DNA of 64,000 nt from the human T2T-CHM13v2.0 reference genome, Homo sapiens. A program made the position numbers and the translations under genes. Shown piece by piece: positions 39,801-52,900 of this stretch (within the stretch, counting starts at the first letter, position 1; each line of letters begins with the position of its first letter). The notes under the pieces are model-generated. The model did not search any database. It had not been told where the DNA came from and saw only the letters and a list, made by a program, of their open reading frames with translations. The stretch lies in assembly GCF_009914755.1 (NCBI RefSeq), contig NC_060943.1. The stretch is one strand, 5' to 3'.

Positions 39801-42800
39801 TTCAACTCACAGAGTTGAACGATCCTTTACACAGAGCAGACTTGAAACACTCCTTTTGTGGAATTTGCAAGTGGAGATTTCAGCCGCTTTGAGGTCAATG
39901 GTAGAATAGGAAATATCTTCCTATAGAAAGTAGACAGAATGATTCTCAGAAACTCTTTTGTGATGTGTGCGTTCAACTCACAGAGTTTAACCTTTCTTTT
40001 CATAGAGCAGTTAGGAAACACTCTGTTTGTAAAGTCTGCAAGTGGATATTCAGACCTCCTTGAGGCCTTCGTTGGAAACGGGATTTCTTCATATTATGCT
40101 AGACAGAAGAATTCTCAGTAACTTCCTTGTGTTGTGTGTATTCAACTCACAGAGTTGAACAATCCTTTACACAGAGCAGACTTGAAACACTCTTTTTGTG
40201 GAATTTGCAAGTGGAGATTTCAGCCGCTTTGAGTTCAATGGTAGAATAGGAAATATCTTCCTATAGAAACTAGACAGAATGGTTCTCAGAAACTCCTTTG
40301 TGATGTGTGCGTTCAACTCACAGAGTTCAACCTTTCTTTTCATAGAGCAGTTGGGAAACACTCTGTTTGTAAAGTCTGCAAGTGGATATTCAGACTTCTT
40401 TGAGGCCTTCGTTGGAAGCGGGATTTCTTCATATTCTGCTAGACAGAAGAATTCTCAGTAACTGCCTTGTGTTGTGTGTATTCAACTCACAGAGTTGAAC
40501 GATCCTTTACACAGAGCAGACTTGAAACACTCTTTTTGTGGAACTTGCAAGTGGAGATTTCAGCCGATTTGAGGTCAATGGTAGAATAGGAAATATCTTC
40601 CTATAGAAACTAGACAGAATGATTCTCAGAAACTCCTTTGTGATGTGTGCGTTCAACTCACAGAGTTTAACCTTTCTTTTCATAGAGCAGTTAGGAAACA
40701 CTCTGTTTGTAAAGTCTGCAAGTGGATATTCAGACATCCTTGAGGCTTTCGTTGGAAACGGGATTTCTTCATATTCTGCTAGAAAGAAGAATTCTCAGTA
40801 ACTTCCTTGTGTTGTGTGTATTCAACTCACAGAGTTGAACGATCCTTTACACAGAGCAGACTTGAAACACTCTTTTTGTGGAATTTGCAAGTGGAGATTT
40901 CAGCCGCTTTGAGGTCAATGGTAGAATAGGAAATATCTTCCTATAGAAACTAGACAGAATGATTCTCAGAAACTCCTTTGTGATGTGTGCGTTCAACTCA
41001 CAGAGTTTAACCTTTCTTTTCATAGAGCAGTTAGGAAACACTCTGTTTGTAAAGTCTGCAAGTGGATATTCAGACATCTTTGAGGCCTTCGTTGGAAACG
41101 GGATTTCTTCATGTTCTGCTAGACAGAAGAATTCTCAGAAACTTCCTTGTGTTGTGTGTTTTCAACTCACAGAGTTGAACGATGCTTTACACAGAGTAGA
41201 CTTGAAACACTCTTTTTGTGTAATTTGCAAGTGGAGATTTCAGCCGCTTTGAGGTCAATGGTAGAAAAGGAAATATCTTCGTATAAAAACTAGACAGAAT
41301 GATTCTCAGAAACTCCTTTGTGATGTGTGCGTTCAACTCACAGAGTTTACCCTTTCTTTTCATAGAGCAGTTAGGAAACACTCTGTTTGTAAAGTCTGCA
41401 AGTGGATATTCAGACCTCCTTGATGCCTTCGTTGGAAACGGGATTTCTTCATATTATTGTAGACAGAAGAATTCTCAGTAACTTCCTTGTGTTGTGTGTA
41501 TTCAACTCACAGAGTTGAACGATCCTTTACACAGAGCAGACTTGAAACACTCTTTTTGTGGAATTTGCAAGTGGAGATTTCAGCCGCTTTGAGGTCAATG
41601 GTAGAATAGGAAATATCTTCCTATAGAAACTAGACAGAATGATTCTCAGAAACTCCTTTGTGATGTGTGCATTCAACTCACAGAGTTTAACCTTTCTTTT
41701 CATAGAGCAGTTAGGAAACACTCTGTTTGTAAAGTCTGCAAGTGGATATTCAGACCTCCTTAAGGCCTTCGTTGGAAACGGGATTTCTTCATATTATGCT
41801 AGACAGAAGAATTCTCAGTAACTTCCTTGTGTTGTGTGTATTCAACTCACAGAGTTGAACGATCCTTTACACAGAGCAGACTTGAAACACTCTTTTTGTG
41901 GAATTTGCAAGTGGAGATTTCAGCCGCTTTGAGGTCAATGGTAGAATAGGAAATATCTTCCTATAGAAACTAGACAGAATGATTCTGAGAAACTCCTTTG
42001 TGATGTGTGCGTTCAACTCACACAGTTTAACCTTTCTTTTCATAGAGCAGTTAGGAAACACTCTGTTTGTAAAGTCTGCAAGTGGATATTCAGACCTCCT
42101 TGAGGCCTTCGTTGGAAACGGGATTTCTTCATATTATGCTAGACAGAAGAATTCTCAGTAACTTCCTTGTGTTGTGTTTATTCAACTCACAGAGTTGAAC
42201 GATCCTTTCCACAGAGCAGACTTGAAACACTCTTTTTGTGGAATTTGCAAGTGGAGATTTCAGCCGCTTTGAGTTCAATGGTAGAATAGGAAATATCTTC
42301 CTATAGAAACTAGACAGAATGATTCTCAGAAACTCCTTTGTGATGTGTGCGTTCAACTCACAGAGTTCAACCTTTCTTTTCATAGAGCAGTTGGGAAACA
42401 CTCTGTTTGTAAAGTCTGCAAGTGGATATTCAGACTTCTTTGAGGCCTTCTTTGGAAGCGGGATTTCTTCATGTTCTGCTAGACAGAAGAATTCTCAGAA
42501 ACTTCCTTGTGTTGTGTGTTTTCAACTCACAGAGTTGAACGATCCTTTACACAGAGCAGACTTGAAACACTCCTTTTGTGGAATTTGCAAGTGGAGATTT
42601 CAGCCGCTTTGAGGTCAATGGTAGAATAGGAAATATCTTCCTATAGAAAGTAGACAGAATGATTCTCAGAAACTCCTTTGTGATGTGTGCGTTCAACTCA
42701 CAGAGTTTAACCTTTCTTTTCATAGAGCAGTTAGGAAACACTCTGTTTGTAAAGTCTGCAAGTGGATATTCAGACCTCCTTGAGGCCTTCGTTGGAAACG

Positions 42801-45800
42801 GTATTTCTTCATATTCTGCTAGACAGAAGAATTCTCAGTAACTTCCTTGTGTTGTGTGTATTCAACTCACAGAGTTGGACGATCCTTTACACAGAGCAGA
42901 CTTGAAACACTCTTTTTGTGGCATTTGCAAGTGGAGATTTCAGCCGCTTTGAGTTCAATGGTAGAATAGGAAATATCTTCCTATAGAAACTAGACAGAAT
43001 GATTCTCAGAAACTCCTTTGTGATGTGTGCGTTCAACTCACAGAGTTCAACCTTTCTTTTCATAGAGCAGTTGGGAAACACTCTGTTTGTAAAGTCTGCA
43101 AGTGGATATTCAGACTTCTTTGAGGCCTTCGTTGGAAGCGGGATTTCTTCATATTCTGCTAGACAGAAGAATTCTCAGTAACTGCCTTGTGTTGTGTGTA
43201 TTCAACTCACAGAGTTGAACGATACTTTACACAGAGCAGACTTGAAACACTCTTTTTGTGGAACTTGCAAGTGGAGATTTCAGCCGCTTTGAGGTCAATG
43301 GTAGAATAGGAAATATCTTCCTATAGAAACTAGACAGAATGATTCTCAGAAACTCCTTTGTGATGTGTGCGTTCAACTCACAGAGTTTAACCTTTCTTTT
43401 CATAGAGCAGTTAGGAAACACTCTGTTTGTAAAGTCTGCAAGTGGATATTCAGACCTCCTTGAGGCCTTCGTTGGAAACGGGATTTCTTCATATTATGCT
43501 AGACAGAAGAATTCTCAGTAACTTCCTTGTGTTGTGTGTATTCAACTCACAGAGTTGAACGATCCTTTACACAGAGCAGACTTGAAACACTCTTTTTGTG
43601 GAATTTGCAAGTGGAGATTTCAGCCGCTTTGAGATCAATGGTAGAATAGGAAATATCTTCATACAGAAACTAGACAGAATGATTCTCAGAAACTCCTTTG
43701 TGATGTGTGCGTTCAACTCACACAGTTTAACCTTTCTTTTCATAGAGCAGTTAGGAAACACTCTGTTTGTAAAGTCTGCAAGTGGATATTCAGACCTCCT
43801 TGAGGCATTCGTTGGAAACGGGATTTCTTCATATTATGCTAGACAGAAGAATTCTCAGTAACTTCCTTGTGTTGTGTGTATTCAACTCACAGAGTTGAAC
43901 GATCCTTTACACAGAGCAGACTTGAAACACTCTTTTTGTGGAATTTGCAAGTGGAGATTTCAGCCGTTTTGAGTTCAATGGTAGAATAGGAAATATCTTC
44001 CTATAGAAACTAGACAGAATGATTCTCAGAAACTCCTTTGTGATGTGTGCGTTCAACTCACAGAGTTCAACCTTCCTTTTCATAGAGCAGTTGGGAAACA
44101 CTCTGTTTGTAAAGTCTGCAAGTGGATATTCAGACTTCTTTGAGGCCTTCGTTGGAAGCGGGATTTCTTCATGTTCTGCTAGACAGAAGAATTCTCAGTA
44201 ACTGCCTTGTGTTGTGTGTATTCAACTCACAGAGTTGAACGATCCTTTACACAGAGCAGACTTGAAACACTCCTTTGTCGAATTTGCAAGTGGTGATTTC
44301 AGCCGCTTTGAGGTCAATTGTAGAATAGGAAATATCTTCGTATAAAAACTAGACAGAATGATTCTCAGAAACTCCTTTCTGATGTGTGCGTTCATCTCAC
44401 AGAGTTTAACCTTTCTTTTCATAGAGCAGTTAGGAAACACTCTGTTTGTAAAGTCTGCAAGTGGATATTCAGACATCCTTGAGGCTTTCGTTGGAAACGG
44501 GATTTCTTCATATTCTGCTAGAAAGAAGAATTCTCAGTAACTTCCTTGTGTTGTGTGTATTCAACTCACAGAGTTGAACGATCCTTTACACAGAGCAGAC
44601 TTGAAACACTCTTTTTGTGGAATTTGCAAGTGGAGATTTCAGCCGCTTTGAGTTCAATGGTAGAATAGGAAATATCTTCCTATAGAAACTAGACAGAATG
44701 ATTCTCAGAAACTCCTTTGTGATGTGTGCGTTCAACTCACAGAGTTCAACCTTTCTTTTCCTAGAGCAGTTGGGAAACACTCTGTTTGTAAAGTCTGCAA
44801 GTGGATATTCAGACTTCTTTGAGGCCTTCGTTGGAAGCGGGATTTCTTCATGTTCTGCTGGACAGAAGAATTCTCAGTAACTGCCTTGTGTTGTGTGTAT
44901 TCAACTCACAGAGTTGAACGATCCTTTACACAGAGCAGACTTGAAACACTCCTTTTGTGGAATTTGCAAGTGGAGATTTCAGCCGCTTTGAGGTCAATGG
45001 TAGAATAGGAAATATCTTCCTATAGAAACTAGACAGAATGATTCTCAGAAACTCCTTTGTGATGTGTGCGTTCAACTCACAGAGTTTAACCTTTCTTTTC
45101 ATAGAGCAGTTAGGAAACACTCTGTTTGTAAAGTCTGCAAGTGGATATTCAGACCTCCTTGAGGCCTTCGTTGGAAACGGGATTTCTTCATATTATGCTA
45201 GACAGAAGAATTCTCAGTAACTGCCTTGTGTTGTGTGTATTCAACTCACAGAGTTGAACGATCCTTTACACAGAGCAGACTTGAAACACTCCTTTTGTGG
45301 AATTTGCAAGTGGAGATTTCAGCCGCTTTGAGGTCAATGGTAGAATAGGAAATATCTTCCTATAGAAACTAGACAGAATGATTCTCAGAAACTCCTTTGT
45401 GATGTGTGCGTTCAACTCACAGAGTTTAACCTTTCTTTTCATAGAGCAGTTAGGAAACACTCTGTTTGTAAAGTCTGCAAGTGGATATTCAGACATCCTT
45501 GAGGCTTTCGTTGGAAACGGGATTTCTTCATATTCTGCTAGAAAGAATAATTCTCAGTAACTTCCTTGTGTTGTGTGTATTCAACTCACAGAGTTGAACG
45601 ATCCTTTACACAGAGCAGACTTGAAACACTCTTTTTGTGGAATTTGCAAGTGGAGATTTCAGCCGCTTTGAGGTCAATTGTAGAATAGGAAATATCTTCC
45701 TATAGAAACTAGACAGAATGATTCTCAGAAACTCCTTTGTGATGTGTGCGTTCAACTCACAGAGTTTAACCTTTCTTTTCATAGAGCAGTTAGGAAACAC

Positions 45801-46200
45801 TCTGTTTGTAAAGTCTGCAAGTGGATATTCAGACATCTTTGAGGCGTTCGTTGGAAACGGGATTTCTTCATGTTCTGCTAGACAGAAGAATTCTCAGAAA
45901 CTTCCTTGTGTTGTGTGTTTTCAACTCACAGAGTTGAACGATGCTTTACACAGAGTAGACTTGAAACACTCTTTTTGTGTAATTTGCAAGTGGAGATTTC
46001 AGCTGCTTTGAGGTCAATGGTAGAAAAGGAAATATCTTCGTATAAAAACTAGACAGAATGATTCTCAGAAACTCCTTTGTGATGTGTGCGTTCAACTCAC
46101 AGAGTTTAACCTTTCTTTTCATAGAGCAGTTAGGAAACACTCTGTTTGTAAAGTCTGCAAGTGGATATTCAGACCTCCTTGAGGCCTTCGTTGGAAACGG
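27900..46200 (+). repeat. Three related multi-kb super-repeat blocks (spacings 5098 and 6460 bp; outer pair about 11.2-11.6 kb apart)
   Basis: An ordered marker series occurs three times: TTTACCC/TTGATGCC/TATTGT (29.8, 34.9, 41.35 kb), TTTATT+TTTCCAC (30.6, 35.7, 42.2 kb), CGGTATT/TTGGAC/GGCATT (31.3, 36.4, 42.85 kb), and GTCGAA/GGTGAT/TTCATCTC (33.1, 37.85, 44.3 kb). Confidence 0.88.
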
Positions 46201-48724
46201 GATTTCTTCATATTATGCTAGACAGAAGAATTCTCAGTAACTTCCTTGTGTTGTGTGTATTCAACTCACAGAGTTGAACGATCCTTTACACAGAGCAGAC
46301 TTGAAACACTCTTTTTGTGGAATTTGCAAGTGGAGATTTCAGCCGTTTTGAGTTCAATGGTAGAATAGGAAATATCTTCCTATAGAAACTAGACAGAATG
46401 ATTCTCAGAAACTCCTTTGTGATGTGTGCGTTCAACTCACAGAGTTCAACCTTCCTTTTCATAGAGCAGTTGGGAAACACTCTGTTTGTAAAGTCTGCAA
46501 GTGGATATTCAGACTTCTTTGAGGCCTTCGTTGGAAGCGGGATTTCTTCATGTTCTGCTAGACAGAAGAATTCTCAGTAACTGCCTTGTGTTGTGTGTAT
46601 TCAACTCACAGAGTTGAACGATCCTTTACACAGAGCAGACTTGAAACACTCCTTTGTCGAATTTGCAAGTGGTGATTTCAGCCGCTTTGAGGTCAATTGT
46701 AGAATAGGAAATATCTTCGTATAAAAACTAGACAGAATGATTCTCAGAAACTCCTTTCTGATGTGTGCGTTCATCTCACAGAGTTTAACCTTTCTTTTCA
46801 TAGAGCAGTTAGGAAACACTCTGTTTGTAAAGTCTGCAAGTGGATATTCAGACATCCTTGAGGCTTTCGTTGGAAACGGGATTTCTTCATATTCTGCTAG
46901 AAAGAAGAATTCTCAGTAACTTCCTTGTGTTGTGTGTATTCAACTCACAGAGTTGAACGATCCTTTACACAGAGCAGACTTGAAACACTCTTTTTGTGGA
47001 ATTTGCAAGTGGAGATTTCAGCCGCTTTGAGTTCAATGGTAGAATAGGAAATATCTTCCTATAGAAACTAGACAGAATGATTCTCAGAAACTCCTTTGTG
47101 ATGTGTGCGTTCAACTCACAGAGTTCAACCTTTCTTTTCCTAGAGCAGTTGGGAAACACTCTGTTTGTAAAGTCTGCAAGTGGATATTCAGACTTCTTTG
47201 AGGCCTTCGTTGGAAGCGGGATTTCTTCATGTTCTGCTGGACAGAAGAATTCTCAGTAACTGCCTTGTGTTGTGTGTATTCAACTCACAGAGTTGAACGA
47301 TCCTTTACACAGAGCAGACTTGAAACACTCCTTTTGTGGAATTTGCAAGTGGAGATTTCAGCCGCTTTGAGGTCAATGGTAGAATAGGAAATATCTTCCT
47401 ATAGAAACTAGACAGAATGATTCTCAGAAACTCCTTTGTGATGTGTGCGTTCAACTCACAGAGTTTAACCTTTCTTTTCATAGAGCAGTTAGGAAACACT
47501 CTGTTTGTAAAGTCTGCAAGTGGATATTCAGACCTCCTTGAGGCCTTCGTTGGAAACGGGATTTCTTCATATTATGCTAGACAGAAGAATTCTCAGTAAC
47601 TGCCTTGTGTTGTGTGTATTCAACTCACAGAGTTGAACGATCCTTTACACAGAGCAGACTTGAAACACTCCTTTTGTGGAATTTGCAAGTGGAGATTTCA
47701 GCCGCTTTGAGGTCAATGGTAGAATAGGAAATATCTTCCTATAGAAACTAGACAGAATGATTCTCAGAAACTCCTTTGTGATGTGTGCGTTCAACTCACA
47801 GAGTTTAACCTTTCTTTTCATAGAGCAGTTAGGAAACACTCTGTTTGTAAAGTCTGCAAGTGGATATTCAGACATCCTTGAGGCTTTCGTTGGAAACGGG
47901 ATTTCTTCATATTCTGCTAGAAAGAATAATTCTCAGTAACTTCCTTGTGTTGTGTGTATTCAACTCACAGAGTTGAACGATCCTTTACACAGAGCAGACT
48001 TGAAACACTCTTTTTGTGGAATTTGCAAGTGGAGATTTCAGCCGCTTTGAGGTCAATTGTAGAATAGGAAATATCTTCCTATAGAAACTAGACAGAATGA
48101 TTCTCAGAAACTCCTTTGTGATGTGTGCGTTCAACTCACAGAGTTTAACCTTTCTTTTCATAGAGCAGTTAGGAAACACTCTGTTTGTAAAGTCTGCAAG
48201 TGGATATTCAGACATCTTTGAGGCGTTCGTTGGAAACGGGATTTCTTCATGTTCTGCTAGACAGAAGAATTCTCAGAAACTTCCTTGTGTTGTGTGTTTT
48301 CAACTCACAGAGTTGAACGATGCTTTACACAGAGTAGACTTGAAACACTCTTTTTGTGTAATTTGCAAGTGGAGATTTCAGCTGCTTTGAGGTCAATGGT
48401 AGAAAAGGAAATATCTTCGTATAAAAACTAGACAGAATGATTCTCAGAAACTCCTTTGTGATGTGTGCGTTCAACTCACAGAGTTTAACCTTTCTTTTCA
48501 TAGAGCAGTTAGGAAACACTCTGTTTGTAAAGTCTGCAAGTGGATATTCAGACCTCCTTGAGGCCTTCGTTGGAAACGGGATTTCTTCATATTATGCTAG
48601 ACAGAAGAATTCTCAGTAACTTCCTTGTGTTGTGTGTATTCAACTCACAGAGTTGAACGATCCTTTACACAGAGCAGACTTGAAACACTCTTTTTGTGGA
48701 ATTTGCAAGTGGAGATTTCAGCCG
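43808..48724 (+). repeat. Near-perfect tandem duplication of a 7-dimer (2379 bp) unit
   Basis: Markers recur exactly 2379 bp apart: the 1-bp deletion TCCTTTGTCG (~44273/~46652), CAATTG, CTTTCTGA, EcoRI loss (45548/47927), GGCGTTCG and CAGCTGC (46004/48383). Confidence 0.92.
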
Positions 48725-49999
48725 CTTTGAGGTCAATGGTAGAATAGGAAATATCTTCATATAGAAACTAGACAGAATGATTCTCAGAAACTCCTTTGTG
48801 ATGTGTGCGTTCAACTCACACAGTTTAACCTTTCTTTTCATAGAGCAGTTAGGAAACACTCTGTTTGTAAAGTCTGCAAGTGGATATTCAGACCTCCTTG
48901 AGGCATTCGTTGGAAACGGGATTTCTTCATATTATGCTAGACAGAAGAATTCTCAGTAACTTCCTTGTGTTGTGTGTATTCAACTCACAGAGTTGAACGA
49001 TCCTTTACACAGAGCAGACTTGAAACACTCTTTTTGTGGAATTTGCAAGTGGAGATTTCAGCCGCTTTGAGTTCAATGGTAGAATAGGAAATATCTTCCT
49101 ATAGAAACTAGACAGAATGATTCTCAGAAACTCCTTTGTGATGTGTGCGTTCCACTCACAGAGTTCAACCTTTCTTTTCATAGAGCAGTTGGGAAACACT
49201 CTGTTTGTAAAGTCTGCAAGTGGATATTCAGACTTCTTTGAGGCCTTCGTTGGAAGCGGGATTTCTTCATGTTCTGCTAGACAGAAGAATTCTCAGTAAC
49301 TGCCTTGTGTTGTGTGTATTCAACTCACAGAGTTGAACGATCCTTTACACAGAGCAGACTTGAAACACTCCTTTTGTGGAATTTGCAAGTGGAGATTTCA
49401 GCCGCTTTGAGGTCAATGGTAGAATAGGAAATATCTTCCTATAGAAACTAGACAGAATGATTCTCAGAAACTCCTTTGTGATGTGTGCGTTCAACTCACA
49501 GAGTTTAACCTTTCTTTTCATAGAGCAGTTAGGAAACACTCTGTTTGTAAAGTCTGCCAGTGGATATTCAGACATCCTTGAGGCCTTCGTTGGAAGCGGG
49601 ATTTCTTCATATTCTGCTAGACAGAAGAATTCTCAGTAGCTGCCTTGTGTTCTGTGTATTCAACTCACAGAGTTGAACGATCCTTTAGACAGAGCAGACT
49701 TGAAACACTCTTTTTGTGGAATTTGCAATTGGAGATTTCAGCCGCTTTGAGGTCAATGGTAGAATAGGAAATATCTTCCTATAGAAACTAGACAGAATGA
49801 TTCTCAGAAACTCCTTTGTGATGTGTGCGTTCAACTCACAGAGTTCAACCTTTCTTTTCATAGAGCAGTTGGGAAACACTGTTTGTAAAGTCTGCAAGTG
49901 GATATTCAGACTTCTTTGAGGCCTTCGTTGGAAGCGGGATTTCTTCATGTTCTGCTAGACAGAAGAATTCTCAGAAACTTCCTTGTGTTGTGTGTTTTC

Positions 50000-52900
50000 A
50001 ACTCACAGAGTTGAACGATCCTTTACACAGAGCAGACTTGAAACACTCTTTTTGTGGAATTTGCAAGTGGAGATTTCAACCGCTTTGAGGTCAATGGTAG
50101 AATAGGAAATATCTTCCTATAGAAAGTAGACAGAATGATTCTCAGAAACTCCTTTGTGATGTGTGCGTTCAACTCACAGAGTTTAACCTTTCTTTTCATA
50201 GAGCAGTTAGGAAACACTCTGTTTGTAAAGTCTGCAAGTGGATATTCAGACCTCCTTGAGGCCTTCGTTGGAAACGGGATTTCTTCATATTATGCTAGAC
50301 AGAAGAATTCTCAGTAACTTCCTTGTGTTGTGTGTATTCAACTCACAGAGTTGAACGATCCTTTACACAGAGCAGACTTGAAACACTCTTTTTGTGGAAT
50401 TTGCAAGTGGAGATTTCAGCCGCTTTGAGTTCAATGGTAGAATAGGAAATATCTTCCTATAGAAACTAGACAGAATGATTCTCAGAAACTCCTTTGTGAT
50501 GTGTGCGTTCAACTCACAGAGTTCAACCTTTCTTTTCATAGAGCAGTTGGGAAACACTCTGTTTGTAAAGTCTGCAAGTGGATATTCAGACTTCTTTGAG
50601 GCCTTCGTTGGAAGCGGGATTTCTTCATATTCTGCTAGACAGAAGAATTCTCAGTAACTGCCTTGTGTTGTGTGTATTCAACTCACAGAGTTGAACGATC
50701 CTTTACACAGAGCAGACTTGAAACACTCTTTTTGTGGAATTTGCAAGTGGAGATTTCAGCCGCTTTGAGGTCAATGGTAGAATAGGAAATATCTTCCTAT
50801 AGAAACTAGACAGAATGATTCTCAGAAACTCCTTTGTGATGTGTGCGTTCAACTCACAGAGTTTAACCTTTCTTTTCATAGAGCAGTTAGGAAACACTCT
50901 GTTTGTAAAGTCTGCAAGTGGATATTCAGACCTCCTTGAGGCCTTCGTTGGAAACGGGATTTCTTCATATTATGCTAGACAGAAGAATTCTCAGTAACTT
51001 CCTTGTGTTGTGTGTATTCAAGTCACAGAGTTGAACGATCCTTTACACAGAGCAGACTTGAAACACTCTTTTTGTGGAATTTGCAAGTGGAGATTTCAGC
51101 CGCTTTGAGTTCAATGGTAGAATAGGAAATATCTTCCTATAGAAACTAGACAGAATGATTCTCAGAAACTCCTTTGTGATGTGTGCATTCAACTCACAGA
51201 GTTCAACCTTTCTTTTCATAGAGCAGTTGGGAAACACTCTGTTTGTAAAGTCTGCAAGTGGATATTCAGACTTCTTTGAGGCCTTCGTTGGAAGCGGGAT
51301 TTCTTCATGTTCTGCTAGACAGAAGAATTCTCAGAAACTTCCTTGTGTTGTGTGTTTTCAACTCACAGAGTTGAACGATCCTTTACACAGAGCAGACTTG
51401 AAACACTCCTTTTGTGGAATTTGCAAGTGGAGATTTCAGCCGCTTTGAGGTCAATGGTAGAATAGGAAATATCTTCCTATAGAAAGTAGACAGAATGATT
51501 CTCAGAAACTCCTTTGTGATGTGTGCGTTCAACTCACAGAGTTTAACCTTTCTTTTCATAGAGCAGTTAGGAAACACTCTGTTTGTAAAGTCTGCAAGTG
51601 GATATTCAGACCTCCTTGAGGCCTTCGTTGGAAACGGGTTTTCTTCATATTATGCTAGACAGAAGAATTCTCAGTAACTTCCTTGTGTTGTGTGTATTCA
51701 ACTCACAGAGTTGAACGATCCTTTACACAGAGCAGACTTGAAACACTCTTTTTGTGGAATTTGCAAGTGGAGATTTCAGCCGCTTTGAGTTCAATGGTAG
51801 AATAGGAAATATCTTCCTATAGAAACTAGACAGAATGATTCTCAGAAACTCCTTTGTGATGTGTGCGTTCAACTCACAGTGTTCAACCTTTCTTTTCATA
51901 GAGCAGTTGGGAAACACTCTGTTTGTAAAGTCTGCAAGTGGATATTCAGACTTCTTTGAGGCCTTCGTTGGAAGCGGGATTTCTTCATGTTCTGCTAGAC
52001 AGAAGAATTCTCAGAAACTTCCTTGTGTTGTGTGTTTTCAACTCACAGAGTTGAACGATCCTTTACACAGAGCAGACTTGAAACACTCCTTTTGTGGAAT
52101 TTGCAAGTGGAGATTTCAGCCGCTTTGAGGTCAATGGTAGAATAGGAAATATCTTCCTATAGAAAGTAGACAGAATGATTCTCAGAAACTCCTTTGTGAT
52201 GTGTGCGTTCAACTCACAGAGTTTAACCTTTCTTTTCATAGAGCAGTTAGGAAACACTCTGTTTGTAAAGTCTGCAAGTGGATATTCAGACCTCCTTGAG
52301 GCCTTCGTTGGAAACGGGATTTCTTCATATTATGCTAGACAGAAGAATTCTCAGTAACTTCCTTGTGTTGTGTGTATTCAACTCACAGAGTTGAACGATC
52401 CTTTACACAGAGCAGACTTGAAACACTCTTTTTGTGGTATTTGCAAGTGGAGATTTCAGCCGCTTTGAGGTCAATGGTAGAATAGGAAATATCTTCCTAT
52501 AGAAACTAGACAGAATGATTCTCAGAAACTCCTTTGTGATGTGTGCGTTCAACTCACAGAGTTCAACCTTTCTTTTAATAGAGCAGTTGGGAAACACTCT
52601 GTTTGTAAAGTCTGCAAGTGGATATTCAGACTTCTTTGAGGCCTTCGTTGGAAACGGGATTTCTTCATATTATGCTAGACAGAAGAATTCTCAGTAACTT
52701 CCTTGTGTTGTGTGTATTCAACTCACAGAGTTGAACGATCTTTTACACAGAGCAGACTTGAAACACTCTTTTTGTGGAATTTGCAAGTGGAGATTTCAGC
52801 CGCTTTGAGGTCAATGGTAGAATAGGAAATATCTTCCTATAGAAACTAGACAGAATGATTCTCAGAAACTCCTTTGTGATGTGTGCGTTCAACTCACAGA

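Noticed and set aside
51623-51639. CGGGT box variant (also GTTCG at ~45846, ATTCG at ~974, CGTTTG at ~10160) as CENP-B box loss
   Set aside because: These changes affect non-core positions 17, 1 and 8; the nine core bases remain.
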